A stretch of 35,554 bases of DNA. It comes from a virus. Its lineage: Duplodnaviria > Caudoviricetes. The notes below the pieces were generated by a model. That model saw nothing but the letters and a program-made list of their open reading frames with translations. It searched no databases and had not been told where the DNA came from. Every line of letters starts with the position of its first letter. The stretch's first letter is position 1. The position numbers were made by a program, and so were the translations under genes. This document shows, in pieces, positions 9,042 to 18,250 of the stretch. Where the stretch lies: positions 1 to 35,554 of IMG/VR virus record IMGVR_UViG_3300033417_000034; one strand, given 5' to 3'.

Positions 9042-9790
9042 TGTTTTCCTTCGTCCACATCCGCGATCCCCGCAACACGGGCGACATGGCGGCCTGTCCC
9101 GCCAACTACTTCGACTTCGGCCAGCATGAGGTGTTGGACTATAGCGACCGGCCAGCGGGCTCCGTGGTGGTCTACGGGGGCGGCGCGATGGTGAACTGGC
9201 TTCATGGCCGGGCCGGCCTGCCCGACGTGCCCAAGGTCATCTGGGGGGCGGGGTCGAGTCGTCACGGCGAAACAGAGCCTTGGACTGATCCGGAAGGCGT
9301 GGATATTATGGGGGTGCGGGACTGGTCTCCGGAACGCGAGGCGGCTGGGCTCTATGCGCCGTGTTCTTCCTGCATGTCGCCGTTACTCGATGATCCGCCG
9401 CCCCCGACGCGCGAGGCGGTGCTATTCTTGAATGCCAACCCGTCGATCCGGTCGCGGTATCCGGTTGGCGTTTCTGGTTTGCCGACGATGATGAACGATC
9501 AGCCGATGGCGGCAATTGTCGAGTTTCTGGCGAGCGCCGAGACAATTGTTACCGACAGTTATCACGGATGCTTCTGGGCCATCCTGCTCGGTCGCCGCGT
9601 AGTGGCTGTGCCGTACAGCAGCAAGTTCTACGGGTTTCGCCATCCGCCAGCGATGAGCGTCAGGCGCGGAGGCGACTGGGAGCGATTGGCGCGGGGCGCT
9701 ACGGTGTACCAGGGTGCGCTTCGGGAGTGCCGAGCGGCGACCCTGGTGTTTCATGAGCGTGTAGTGAATGTGATCAGGGATAACGCATGA
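9041..9790 (+). CDS. Polysaccharide pyruvyltransferase-like protein
   Basis: NTGD, YGGGA, IWGAG, GVRD, IVTDSYHG..WAILLGR motifs. Confidence 0.8.
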   Translation: MFSFVHIRDPRNTGDMAACPANYFDFGQHEVLDYSDRPAGSVVVYGGGAMVNWLHGRAGLPDVPKVIWGAGSSRHGETEPWTDPEGVDIMGVRDWSPEREAAGLYAPCSSCMSPLLDDPPPPTREAVLFLNANPSIRSRYPVGVSGLPTMMNDQPMAAIVEFLASAETIVTDSYHGCFWAILLGRRVVAVPYSSKFYGFRHPPAMSVRRGGDWERLARGATVYQGALRECRAATLVFHERVVNVIRDNA

Positions 9791-10689
9791 GCGGTAATGC
9801 GATTTTCTACGTGTATGAGCACCATCGGCCAGATACCGGAGAGTGTTTCTATGTCGGCAAAGGCCACGGGAACCGCTCGGCAGTGTTCCCCAGGAATAGG
9901 CTGCACGAGAAAATTCTGAACAAATTGACCGGGCTTGGCCGGGAAGCCGAAGTGAGAATTGCGAAGGGCGGGTTGTCGGAGGCGGAGGCATTCGCACTGG
10001 AAGTGGAACTGATTGCGAAGTATGGGCGGAAGGACCTGGGCACCGGGTCTCTTGCTAATCTGACAGATGGCGGCGAGGGGCCGAGTGGCATGAGCGAGGA
10101 AGCGCGTGCCAAGGTCGGCGCTGCTCAGAAGGGTAAGGCCATCTCGCTTGAGCACCGCGCGAAGATCAGTGCCGCTCATAAGGGTAAGACCCTCTTGCCC
10201 GAGCATTGCGCCAAGATGAGCACCGCCATGAAGGGCCGGACCATATCGCCTGAGCACCGCGCTAAATTGAGCGTTGCGCAGAAGGGCAAGATTCACAGTG
10301 AGGAAACACGCGCTAAGATGAGCGCTGCCACTAAAGCATGGCACGTCGCTAATCCGGGCACGACCCACAGTGAACTGGCCCGCGCCAAAATGAGTGCTGC
10401 CGGGATGGGCAACCAACATCGGCTCGGCAAGTCCTTTTCGCCGGAAACGCGTGCAAAAATCAGTGCGGCACTAAAGGGCCGTGTTCTCTCGCCGGAAACG
10501 CGGGCCAAGATGAGCGCCGCCCTGGAGGGTAATCAAAGAACGCTCGGGTACCGTCATACGGACGAGGCGCGGGCCAAAATCAGCGCCGTCTTGGAGGGCA
10601 AGACTCCCTCGCCGGAAACTTGCGCCAAAATCAGTGCAACCCTGAAGGCGCGTCATGCCGCCACGACAGAGCAAGTTTCACCGACATAA
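9787..10689 (+). CDS. Free-standing GIY-YIG homing endonuclease with a NUMOD3 repeat array
   Basis: FYVYEH..FYVGKG..R, EAFALE..LI, LANLTDGGEG, then about 11 repeats of (H/L)SxExRAK(I/M)SAA. Confidence 0.9.
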   Translation: MSGNAIFYVYEHHRPDTGECFYVGKGHGNRSAVFPRNRLHEKILNKLTGLGREAEVRIAKGGLSEAEAFALEVELIAKYGRKDLGTGSLANLTDGGEGPSGMSEEARAKVGAAQKGKAISLEHRAKISAAHKGKTLLPEHCAKMSTAMKGRTISPEHRAKLSVAQKGKIHSEETRAKMSAATKAWHVANPGTTHSELARAKMSAAGMGNQHRLGKSFSPETRAKISAALKGRVLSPETRAKMSAALEGNQRTLGYRHTDEARAKISAVLEGKTPSPETCAKISATLKARHAATTEQVSPT

Positions 10690-11423
10690 TGGCACAGCGC
10701 ATACCCGGCCTCTCCGGTCTCGTTCGCCTGCGCAATGAAGAGGTCTGGTGTGTATTGGCGCTGGACTCCTTCGTCGGCTGGTGTGACGAATTGATTGTGG
10801 TGACCAACTGTTGTTCCGACCGTACACCGCAGATCGTCGCGAAGTTTGCAAGCGAACATCCCGACATGGTGCGGGTGTATCGCTACGACTACGAAATTTA
10901 TCCGATGGGACCGGGTCATGACGCGATCAGCGCGCATGATCCAAGATCGAGCGCGGCTTACTACAATTTCACGCAGGACAAAGCAACATTCTCGCATGCC
11001 GTGAAGCTCGACGGCGACATGATCATGATGGACTGGCCCGGCTTGGCAATCCGCAAGCTGATGAACGAAGGCCGCGACCGCATCCGCTTTGAGGGTCGGG
11101 ATATTGTGGGCGACGATCTGATGCATGTCGGCTGCCATCCGCTGTGCCGGACAAACGGTGTTTACAGGGTCGGTCCCGGCGTAGGCTACAGGCAGGGACC
11201 ACTGACGCAGAATTTGCAGGGCGTGCCCGATGCAGACGACGCCTTCGATCACCGGCCGGCATTCCTGCATTTCAAATGGGCGAGGAAGTCGTTGGAGTCG
11301 GCGACTTGCCAATGGCCGTCAGACTGGCAGTCGATCCCGCATTTCCAGCGCATCTACCAGCGCCGGATTCCGGTGGCTAGGTACGAGGGCGAGTATCCAT
11401 CGTCGGTGCGGGCGCTGTTGTGA
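10689..11423 (+). CDS. GT2-like glycosyltransferase
   Basis: RLRNEE, DELIVV..CSDRT, KLDGD (DxD), LHFKW. TAATG coupling. Confidence 0.8.
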   Translation: MAQRIPGLSGLVRLRNEEVWCVLALDSFVGWCDELIVVTNCCSDRTPQIVAKFASEHPDMVRVYRYDYEIYPMGPGHDAISAHDPRSSAAYYNFTQDKATFSHAVKLDGDMIMMDWPGLAIRKLMNEGRDRIRFEGRDIVGDDLMHVGCHPLCRTNGVYRVGPGVGYRQGPLTQNLQGVPDADDAFDHRPAFLHFKWARKSLESATCQWPSDWQSIPHFQRIYQRRIPVARYEGEYPSSVRALL

Positions 11424-12313
11424 CGCCTGGCGTGTTCCTGCTCTGGTCGGCAGTGCGGCAACACTGGGGCGCGATGGAGGCGATGATCGCCGAGCGGTTC
11501 GAGATCGACCGGCGCATAGACCTGGCCTTTGCGAGTCATGAGACGTTCTGGTCGTTCAACTGCGACGTCTACATGCTCAAATCGATTGCGATGCATCCTG
11601 ATGCTCGGGAGCGGAGTTACATCAACCCCAACCGTGACCGGCTCCGACTACTGGAGCCGCATGGGTTTCGCCTACGAGCCATTATCGCACGCCCGCGCAA
11701 CGGAGCGCTCGGCCAAGCGTGCGATGCGATGAAGGTGGCTCTGCGGGAGGCTTACCCGGCGCGGGTAGTCGGAACGAAGATGTACCTCAACGTTCATGCG
11801 GCGGACGGCGAGGCTGAGGCGGCTTATCTGCTCGATCTGCTCCAACCGGTGAGTCTTGCGCACGTCCACCGGCGGCCGTTCCCATTGCGCCCGGCCTATT
11901 ATGACAGATTACACAGGCTGCGGGCCTGGTGCGCCGAGAACGGTATCGACCGGCGGCAAGCGTGCGTGATCTCGGGCGGGGTGTTCGAAGCCTGCGGGCT
12001 CCGCGAGTCGAACGATATAGATATCATCCTCGATAGTGCCGCGCGCCGGAAGTTCGGCGCCGCTGGCATCAAAGACATTGTGCCGGGCATCGACCTCGCG
12101 GCGGCGGGCTATCACCGCACTGTCCGCCCGGTCGCGCTGACCGACGACCAGATCATTGGCGATCCGCGTTACCACTTTACCATGCTGGGCGTGCGCTTCG
12201 CGGCGCTGCCTCTTGTGGCCGAGACGAAGCTGAACGGCGGACGCAGTAAGGACAGGTCGGACGTGGCGCTGCTCAACGGGTCGCATGCATCTTTTTTGAT
12301 GGTGCCGCTGTGA
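11420..12313 (+). CDS. Two-domain protein: NDK-like N-terminus and nucleotidyltransferase-like C-terminus
   Basis: NVHAADGEAEA resembles the NDK phospho-His motif. CVISGGVFEACGLRESNDIDII is a polbeta-type NTase signature, with C-terminal RSKDRSD. Confidence 0.55.
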   Translation: MTPGVFLLWSAVRQHWGAMEAMIAERFEIDRRIDLAFASHETFWSFNCDVYMLKSIAMHPDARERSYINPNRDRLRLLEPHGFRLRAIIARPRNGALGQACDAMKVALREAYPARVVGTKMYLNVHAADGEAEAAYLLDLLQPVSLAHVHRRPFPLRPAYYDRLHRLRAWCAENGIDRRQACVISGGVFEACGLRESNDIDIILDSAARRKFGAAGIKDIVPGIDLAAAGYHRTVRPVALTDDQIIGDPRYHFTMLGVRFAALPLVAETKLNGGRSKDRSDVALLNGSHASFLMVPL

Positions 12314-12843
12314 ACTGGGACGGGCGAGCCCTGATCTCGCATTCCTACGTCGAGCAGAATCGGCTGATGCACAGGGCCGCGGACTTCGGCGCGGAATCGT
12401 TTCGATGGGCGCAGAAAGCGGCCAAGCTCATCGCTGAGCATGGCTGCAAGGATGCGCTCGACTACGGTTGCGGCAAGGGCACGTTCGCGGTGGCCTTGGC
12501 GAAGTTTACCGATATCTCGGTAGCCGAGTACGACCCCGCGATCCAGGGTAAGGACGGGTTGCCAGTGGCGGCTGATTTCGTGATCTGCAATGACGTGCTG
12601 GAGCATGTCGAGCCGGATTTTGTCGATAATGTGCTGGATCATCTCGCCTCGCTGGTACGCCGGGTTGGATTGATCGGGATCGCTACGAAGTACGCGCTTA
12701 GCCACCGGTTGCCGGACGGGCGCAATCCGCACCTGTCCGTGCATGGCGGCGAGTGGTGGCAAGACAAACTGGAGTCGCGATTCGCGATCAAGCCATTTGC
12801 CACACGCCCGAAGGAGTATGCCTGCGTGGTGACCTGTAGGTGA
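12310..12843 (+). CDS. Class I SAM-dependent methyltransferase
   Basis: LDYGCGKG, EYDP, CNDVLEHVEP. Confidence 0.88.
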   Translation: MNWDGRALISHSYVEQNRLMHRAADFGAESFRWAQKAAKLIAEHGCKDALDYGCGKGTFAVALAKFTDISVAEYDPAIQGKDGLPVAADFVICNDVLEHVEPDFVDNVLDHLASLVRRVGLIGIATKYALSHRLPDGRNPHLSVHGGEWWQDKLESRFAIKPFATRPKEYACVVTCR

Positions 12844-13361
12844 AGCTGGCTCAGGTCTGCGGCGCGCCGGGCGTCGGTAAAACGACACTGCTCGAAGCGC
12901 TCGGCTCCCGCGTGTTGCAAGGCGGGGCGCTGCGGTCACTGGCAGAGTCGAACAAGGCGGCCGCCGATACTGGGTGGCTCGATGATCTAGACGGCTCGCC
13001 TCAGTGGCGGGAGGTGGTTAAGATATCGCTGCGCCGTGCGACCGCCATTCAGTCGATCTGCTCGATCGGCCTTGCGGTCGATGCACACATGCCGCTGCAA
13101 CGGGCGATTGGTGCGCCTTGCGGTTATATCGAGCGAGCCCCTTTGCCGGATGTTTGCGTGTTTTGCTTGGCCCCGGTCGAGGTCATAGAGCAACGGCTAG
13201 CAGAGCGACCCCACAAGCCGGGGCGGGTTTATGACACGCTGGCTGCGATTGACGACGTGAATCGCGCGCTTGACGTGATGACGCGCCGCAGTGCGCCGGT
13301 GCTCGTATTGGACATGACGCAGGCGGTTGAGTTTAACGCAACGACGGTGCTGGCATGCTGA
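12840..13361 (+). CDS. P-loop small-molecule/nucleotide kinase-like protein
   Basis: GAPGVGKTT Walker A and lid motif APVEVIEQRLAER. Confidence 0.7.
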   Translation: MKLAQVCGAPGVGKTTLLEALGSRVLQGGALRSLAESNKAAADTGWLDDLDGSPQWREVVKISLRRATAIQSICSIGLAVDAHMPLQRAIGAPCGYIERAPLPDVCVFCLAPVEVIEQRLAERPHKPGRVYDTLAAIDDVNRALDVMTRRSAPVLVLDMTQAVEFNATTVLAC

Positions 13362-14062
13362 CGGTGGTGACGTTTTTGTGGCATGAGAAAGACGGCCGCC
13401 ACAACCACCTGTTCGTTTATTCAGCGGATTACGTCAACCGGCTGCGTTCGATGTTGGAGCGGCACCTGAAGCAGCCGCATGAACTGGTCTGCGTGACGGA
13501 TATGCCGGACGGGATCGACCCGCGCGTGCGTGTCGTGCCTCAGCCGCACGCGGATGTGGTGCTGCGCGATGACGTTCCAGGCTGGTTTCGACGCCTCGTG
13601 ATCTTTCACCCGGAAGCGGGCGCGTGGCTGGGGAACCGGATATTGCTGATGGATCTCGACTGCGTGATCTTGCGCGACCTGGACCCGCTGCTAGAAGGCG
13701 CCGGAGACTTCAAGTCCTGGGAGCCGCGCCTGTACCACCAGGCGGGCAGGCCATACAGCCGCTACAACATGTCGTTCGTGCTGCTCGATGCCGGCGCCCG
13801 GCCGCAAGTATGGGAGCAATTCGATCTGGACGCGTCGCCCGGGCAGTTCGCTGCGGTGGGCCTTGCCGTAGACGATCAATCCTGGCTGACACTTGTGCTC
13901 GGCAATGGTGAATCCGTGTGGCCGTGGGGTGGCGACATAGTGTCCGTTCGTGCCGTGCCTGATCCGGGACGGGCGCGCGTCGTGTTTTTCAACGGTCCGC
14001 GCTCGCCCGCCATGCCGCAGATGCAGAAAGAATATCCGTTCATCGGGGAGTACTGGCATTGA
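13355..14062 (+). CDS. GT-A fold glycosyltransferase (GT8-like)
   Basis: YVNRLRSM, CVTD, MDLDCVI (DxD), YNMS, DQSW, VFFNGPRSP. Confidence 0.82.
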   Translation: MLTVVTFLWHEKDGRHNHLFVYSADYVNRLRSMLERHLKQPHELVCVTDMPDGIDPRVRVVPQPHADVVLRDDVPGWFRRLVIFHPEAGAWLGNRILLMDLDCVILRDLDPLLEGAGDFKSWEPRLYHQAGRPYSRYNMSFVLLDAGARPQVWEQFDLDASPGQFAAVGLAVDDQSWLTLVLGNGESVWPWGGDIVSVRAVPDPGRARVVFFNGPRSPAMPQMQKEYPFIGEYWH

Positions 14063-14631
14063 CCAACACGCTTCCGGACGGACGGAAATCCGGTCAATGG
14101 GAACTCGACGAGCTTGTAAGCGAATTCCGGCAGGCGGGCGTCAAGCGCTATCTGGAAATCGGCGCACGGAGCGGCGTCTTTTTTGCTCACGTCATGGCCG
14201 GACTTGGGCCTGGATCGTTTGGGGTCGCCGTTGATATGCCGGGCGCGGCATGGGGGCAGCTAGACTCGGCGGAAAAGCTGAAAAGCGTCGTCGAGAAATT
14301 CGGTGGGCACGTTATATTTGGCGACAGTCATTCGGCCAGTGTCCGTGCCGCTATTTTGACGCTGACACCCTTCGACGCCTGTGTCATCGACGCCGATCAT
14401 AGATACGAGGCGGTGCGGTTGGATTGGGAATTCTACCGGCTGTTGGCGCCGATCATTGCGTTTCACGATATCGACTGGGAGGCCGGAACAAAGCCAGCCT
14501 ATCGGTATCAGGTTGAAGTGCCCCGGCTTTGGAATGAAATTCGGGACCGCTATAAAACACGAGAGATCGTTGGGCCTAAGCGCGGGTTTGGGTTCGGTCT
14601 GGTCTTTCAATTGCAGCACAAATGTCCCTAG
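14059..14631 (+). CDS. Class I SAM methyltransferase (Methyltransf_24-like)
   Basis: YLEIGARSG, GDS, IDADHRYEAVRLD, IAFHD. Confidence 0.85.
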   Translation: MTNTLPDGRKSGQWELDELVSEFRQAGVKRYLEIGARSGVFFAHVMAGLGPGSFGVAVDMPGAAWGQLDSAEKLKSVVEKFGGHVIFGDSHSASVRAAILTLTPFDACVIDADHRYEAVRLDWEFYRLLAPIIAFHDIDWEAGTKPAYRYQVEVPRLWNEIRDRYKTREIVGPKRGFGFGLVFQLQHKCP

Positions 14632-15470
14632 ACATCGTTCTCTACCGAGCCGACACGCCATGGGCGGCGCCGGTTGAAGATGCCATGCTGGCCGGGCTGC
14701 GTGCCCACGGGTTGGCGCCCGAGGAACGGCGCAAGGGCGACTGGCGGGTTTCCGATCTAGCTATTGTCTGGAACCACCGCGACACGGAACTGCACGCGAT
14801 GCAGCGCGAGGCCGGTGCACACTACCTTGTCATGGAGCGCGGCTATATCGGCGATATCGCGATGCGCCGCGAGTGGACTTCACTAGGCTTCGACGGGCTC
14901 AATGGTCGCGCCAAGTTCCCGGATGCGCGGGACGGCGGTGGACGCTGGCAAAAGCACTTCGGCCACATGATGAAGCCGTGGCGCAATGGGCGCAAAGACG
15001 GCGATTATGCGTTGCTGATGGGACAAGTTCGCGGCGATGCCAGCTTGGCTGGCGTGAACATGGACGACTTCTATCTGACGGCGGTGCTGAACTGTTGCTT
15101 CGATTGGAAACTGCCGGTGATGTTCCGGCCGCACCCGCGAGATGCAGATCAGCCTTTGCCGCATGGTGCCGTGCCACTCGGCGGAACGCTCGAAGATGCG
15201 CTGAAGAGGGCGGCTTTGGCCGTGACGTTCAACAGTGGGGCCGGGGTTGATTCGGTTCTGGCGGGGGTGCCGACCATCGCGCGGGATCGCGGCTCGATGG
15301 TTTGGGGTATCGCTGCATACGATTGGGATGAATGTGCGCGGCCGGATCGCATGGCGTGGGCAAGAAAGCTGGCGTGGTGCCAGTACACGACCGACGAAAT
15401 ATCAGGCGGGTTTGCCTGGGAGTGCCTGCGCGAGGTTCGCCGTATGCAGAACATGGCGGCGGTTTCGTAA
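14622..15470 (+). CDS. KpsS/KpsC-like (Capsule_synth) GT-B transferase
   Basis: MERGY, GQVRGDASL, FRPHP, VTFNSGAGVDSVLAGVP. Confidence 0.72.
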   Translation: MSLDIVLYRADTPWAAPVEDAMLAGLRAHGLAPEERRKGDWRVSDLAIVWNHRDTELHAMQREAGAHYLVMERGYIGDIAMRREWTSLGFDGLNGRAKFPDARDGGGRWQKHFGHMMKPWRNGRKDGDYALLMGQVRGDASLAGVNMDDFYLTAVLNCCFDWKLPVMFRPHPRDADQPLPHGAVPLGGTLEDALKRAALAVTFNSGAGVDSVLAGVPTIARDRGSMVWGIAAYDWDECARPDRMAWARKLAWCQYTTDEISGGFAWECLREVRRMQNMAAVS

Positions 15471-17945
15471 ATGCCCGCGCTGCAGAAATCCATCGAGCAC
15501 GTCACGCTGACGCTCTCGGCGGGGACGAATCCGGCGGCGGTCAATCTGACCAAGGGCCAGGACCCGGCCGCCTGCACGCATTCCTTTTCCATCCGTGAGG
15601 CGGGCGCAGCGGTCGCCGCGGTCAACGGCAATATCCTGCCGGAAGTCTGGTTCGACGACAACGCGGGCACGGCGCGGGTCAATGCCCAGCTTCTGAACGG
15701 CGACGACGTCCAGGTTGAGATATTTGTCGTCGAATGGGACTTGACCAAGGTCAACGTCCAGCAGGGCACCTATACCATCACCTCCGGCCAGGTGAGCGGC
15801 ACGGCGGCGATCTCCGCCGTCGATCAGGCCAAGGCATTCATCGTCCATTCCGAACGGATGGCCACGACCAGCGGCTTCTGGTTCGACCGGGCCTGCATCA
15901 GCGCCAGGTTCACGTCCGATACGGAAATCACGTTCGGACGATTCTTGTCCTCGACCATCCAGACGACGACCGGGCGGTTCTACGTGGTCGAGTGCATCGG
16001 CACGGAGTTCTCGGTTCAAGCCGTCGATCTGGTCAACGACGCCATCTCGCAGGGCTCCACTGCGCACAATCAGACGATCAGCTCCGTCGATATGGCCAAG
16101 ACGTTCATCGTCGGCGGCTACGCGGCGGGCAACAACGACGACGATCCGGTCGACGGCGCCATGTGGTGGGCGCTGACCAGTTCGACGAATCTGCAATTCC
16201 AGCGGGTCGGCGGCGGAGCGCCGGGCGTACACTTCATGAATACCAGGATGTTCGTCGTCACGTGCGCCAACGACGAGTGGACCGTGCAGCGGGCGCAGCC
16301 GACGATCGGCAGCGGCGAGACGGCCGACGACACGACGATCACGGCCATCGACCAGGCGCGCTCGGTGATCAATCCAGGCTCGAACATGAGCCTGACCATG
16401 GGCCACGCGAATACGACGACGGGCGGCGACGCCCCCGGCCTGCTTCTCGGCTTCACCTTCGCCGCCGATACGACGGTGCGGGCTTCCCGGCGCATCACCG
16501 GATCGCTGGCGAGCGCCTATGCCTTCGAGGTTGTCCAGTTCGCTGAGCCGGAAGCACCCGGCGTAAGCATAGTCGTTCCGCTGGCCTCCACCGAGGCTGG
16601 CGCCCTGGCACCCGGCATTGCGGCGGGCGCGAAAATAACAATTCCTCTGGCCGGGACCAAAGCCGAGGCACTCGCGCCGTCTATCGCAACAGGCGCCAGT
16701 ACTACCGTGCCACTAGCCGCGACGGAAACGTCTGCGCTTGCTCCGGCGGTGGCGGCAGGCGCCGCTGTTGCCGTGCCGTTGGCGCAAACCGAAGCATCGG
16801 CCCTAGCGCCTGCTGTAGCGGCTGGTTCCGCTGTCAATATTGCGGTGCCGCTCGCAGCGACGGTGACAAGTGCGCTAGCGCCAGCGGTTGAAATGATTGC
16901 CGCCGGCGCCATCATTGAGTTCTTCGATGGCGGCACAATCGAGTTTTTCGATGGCGGCGCGTTCGAGTTCTTCGATGCGGGCCCCCTTGTCACTGTCCCT
17001 ATAGCAAGAACGGAGACATCGGCTTTAGCGCCAGCAGTGGCGGCTGGCGTGAACGTGGCGGCGCCACTGGCCGGGACGGTGGTGGATGCGCTGGCGCCAA
17101 TGGTTGCGGCCGGGGCCAGTATTGCAGTTGCCTTGGCCGAAACCGTGGCACAGGCTCTTGCGCCTGCCATCGTGGTAGGGGCCAACGTTGCAGTCCCGTT
17201 GGCGCAAACCGCCACGAGTGCGCTGGCGCCCACGGTCGAAGCCGGCGCCGGGGCGGTTATCGCTGTGCCGCTTGCGGAGACGGAAACAAGCGCACTGGCG
17301 CCAAGTGTATCGGCTGGCGCCAGCATTGTCGTCCCGCTGGCCGCTACCGAGGCGGACGCTCTTGTACCAGCGGTGGTGGTAGGCGCTCGTATCGCCGTAC
17401 CACTGGGGGAAACCGAGGCTGGTGCCTTGGCACCTGCGGTTGCCGCCGGGGCAGCCGTCACGGTGCCTCTTGCCGCTACACAGGCGGATGCGCTTGCCCC
17501 GAATATCGTGGCGGGCTCCGGCATTGCTGTGCCTTTGGCTGCAACGGTGGCGGCTGCATTTGCACCGTCAGTCGCGGCGGGTGTCCGCGTGGTGGCTCCG
17601 CTGGCCGAAACGGTGGCGGCCGCTTTCGCGCCTACGGTCGAGATACTTGCCGGTGCGAACATTGCCGTTCCGCTGGCGGAAACAGAAACGGCTTCTATCG
17701 CGCCGTCTGTCGCGGCCGGGTCCAGGATTGTCATTCCGCTCGCGGAAACGGAAACCATTGCGTTCGCGCCTACCTTACTCGCGATAACAATGGGCACGGC
17801 GGCTGAAAGCGGTCGGCTCTCTGCCGCGGTCATGGCCGGTGCATCATCTGGCGCGGTCACGGGTGGCCGGAAGGCGAATGCAAGCCTGGGCGGCAGGACG
17901 ACAGGCGCGGTGGAAAGCGGGCGACTTAGCGGAGAAGCGGCATGA
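15471..17945 (+). CDS. Putative virion fibre protein: repeated beta-rich N-terminal domains plus 17 x ~22-aa repeats
   Basis: N-terminal repeats AISAVDQAKAFIV / TISSVDMAKTFIV / TITAIDQARSVI. C-terminal half is an xVxVPLAxTxxxALAPxVxAGA array. Confidence 0.7.
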   Translation: MPALQKSIEHVTLTLSAGTNPAAVNLTKGQDPAACTHSFSIREAGAAVAAVNGNILPEVWFDDNAGTARVNAQLLNGDDVQVEIFVVEWDLTKVNVQQGTYTITSGQVSGTAAISAVDQAKAFIVHSERMATTSGFWFDRACISARFTSDTEITFGRFLSSTIQTTTGRFYVVECIGTEFSVQAVDLVNDAISQGSTAHNQTISSVDMAKTFIVGGYAAGNNDDDPVDGAMWWALTSSTNLQFQRVGGGAPGVHFMNTRMFVVTCANDEWTVQRAQPTIGSGETADDTTITAIDQARSVINPGSNMSLTMGHANTTTGGDAPGLLLGFTFAADTTVRASRRITGSLASAYAFEVVQFAEPEAPGVSIVVPLASTEAGALAPGIAAGAKITIPLAGTKAEALAPSIATGASTTVPLAATETSALAPAVAAGAAVAVPLAQTEASALAPAVAAGSAVNIAVPLAATVTSALAPAVEMIAAGAIIEFFDGGTIEFFDGGAFEFFDAGPLVTVPIARTETSALAPAVAAGVNVAAPLAGTVVDALAPMVAAGASIAVALAETVAQALAPAIVVGANVAVPLAQTATSALAPTVEAGAGAVIAVPLAETETSALAPSVSAGASIVVPLAATEADALVPAVVVGARIAVPLGETEAGALAPAVAAGAAVTVPLAATQADALAPNIVAGSGIAVPLAATVAAAFAPSVAAGVRVVAPLAETVAAAFAPTVEILAGANIAVPLAETETASIAPSVAAGSRIVIPLAETETIAFAPTLLAITMGTAAESGRLSAAVMAGASSGAVTGGRKANASLGGRTTGAVESGRLSGEAA
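16563..17790 (+). repeat. Degenerate ~66-bp coding tandem repeat (17 units) interrupted by 3x EFFD(G/A)G
   Basis: Counted from the translation. Synonymous divergence between units shows protein-level conservation. Confidence 0.9.
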
Positions 17946-18250
17946 CCACTGAGTTACGCGATATCGGCGACGGCGAGACGTTGAAGGCGAACTTCACGAA
18001 CAACGACAGTCCTGCCGTCGCGGCCAATCCGACCACGGTAACACTGAAAATCAGGCAGCCGAACGGCACGGTGGTCACGCGCAGTACAGCGGATAGCCCG
18101 GCCACGATAACCAACGATGTTACGGGCACCTTCGAGTCCGACTTCACCTATGCCCAGGAAGGCCGTCACTTCATTGAGTGGGTTGGAACCGGCACGGTTG
18201 TCGCGGCGGTATCCGGGGAACGCTACGTCTTGAGGTCAAACGTCGCATGA
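17942..18250 (+). CDS. Small Ig-like virion protein
   Basis: ATGA coupling on both sides. NPTTVTLKIRQPNG..GTF...GRHFIEWVGTG beta-sandwich pattern. Confidence 0.65.
   Translation: MTTELRDIGDGETLKANFTNNDSPAVAANPTTVTLKIRQPNGTVVTRSTADSPATITNDVTGTFESDFTYAQEGRHFIEWVGTGTVVAAVSGERYVLRSNVA

Noticed and set aside
9787-10689. Group I intron around the GIY-YIG gene
   Set aside because: The ORF overlaps both neighbours, leaving no room for a ribozyme core, and the flanking genes look complete.
8146-15470. Cassette as DNA hypermodification or O-antigen conversion locus
   Set aside because: Disfavoured but not excluded: no base hydroxymethylase/TET/thymidylate synthase homologue, no GtrA/GtrB or membrane components, and it lies within the late structural operon.
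16563-17790. Possible CRISPR array or DGR template/variable repeats
   Set aside because: Degenerate in-frame coding repeats without spacers, no adenine-specific variation noticed, and no reverse transcriptase or cas gene in the window.
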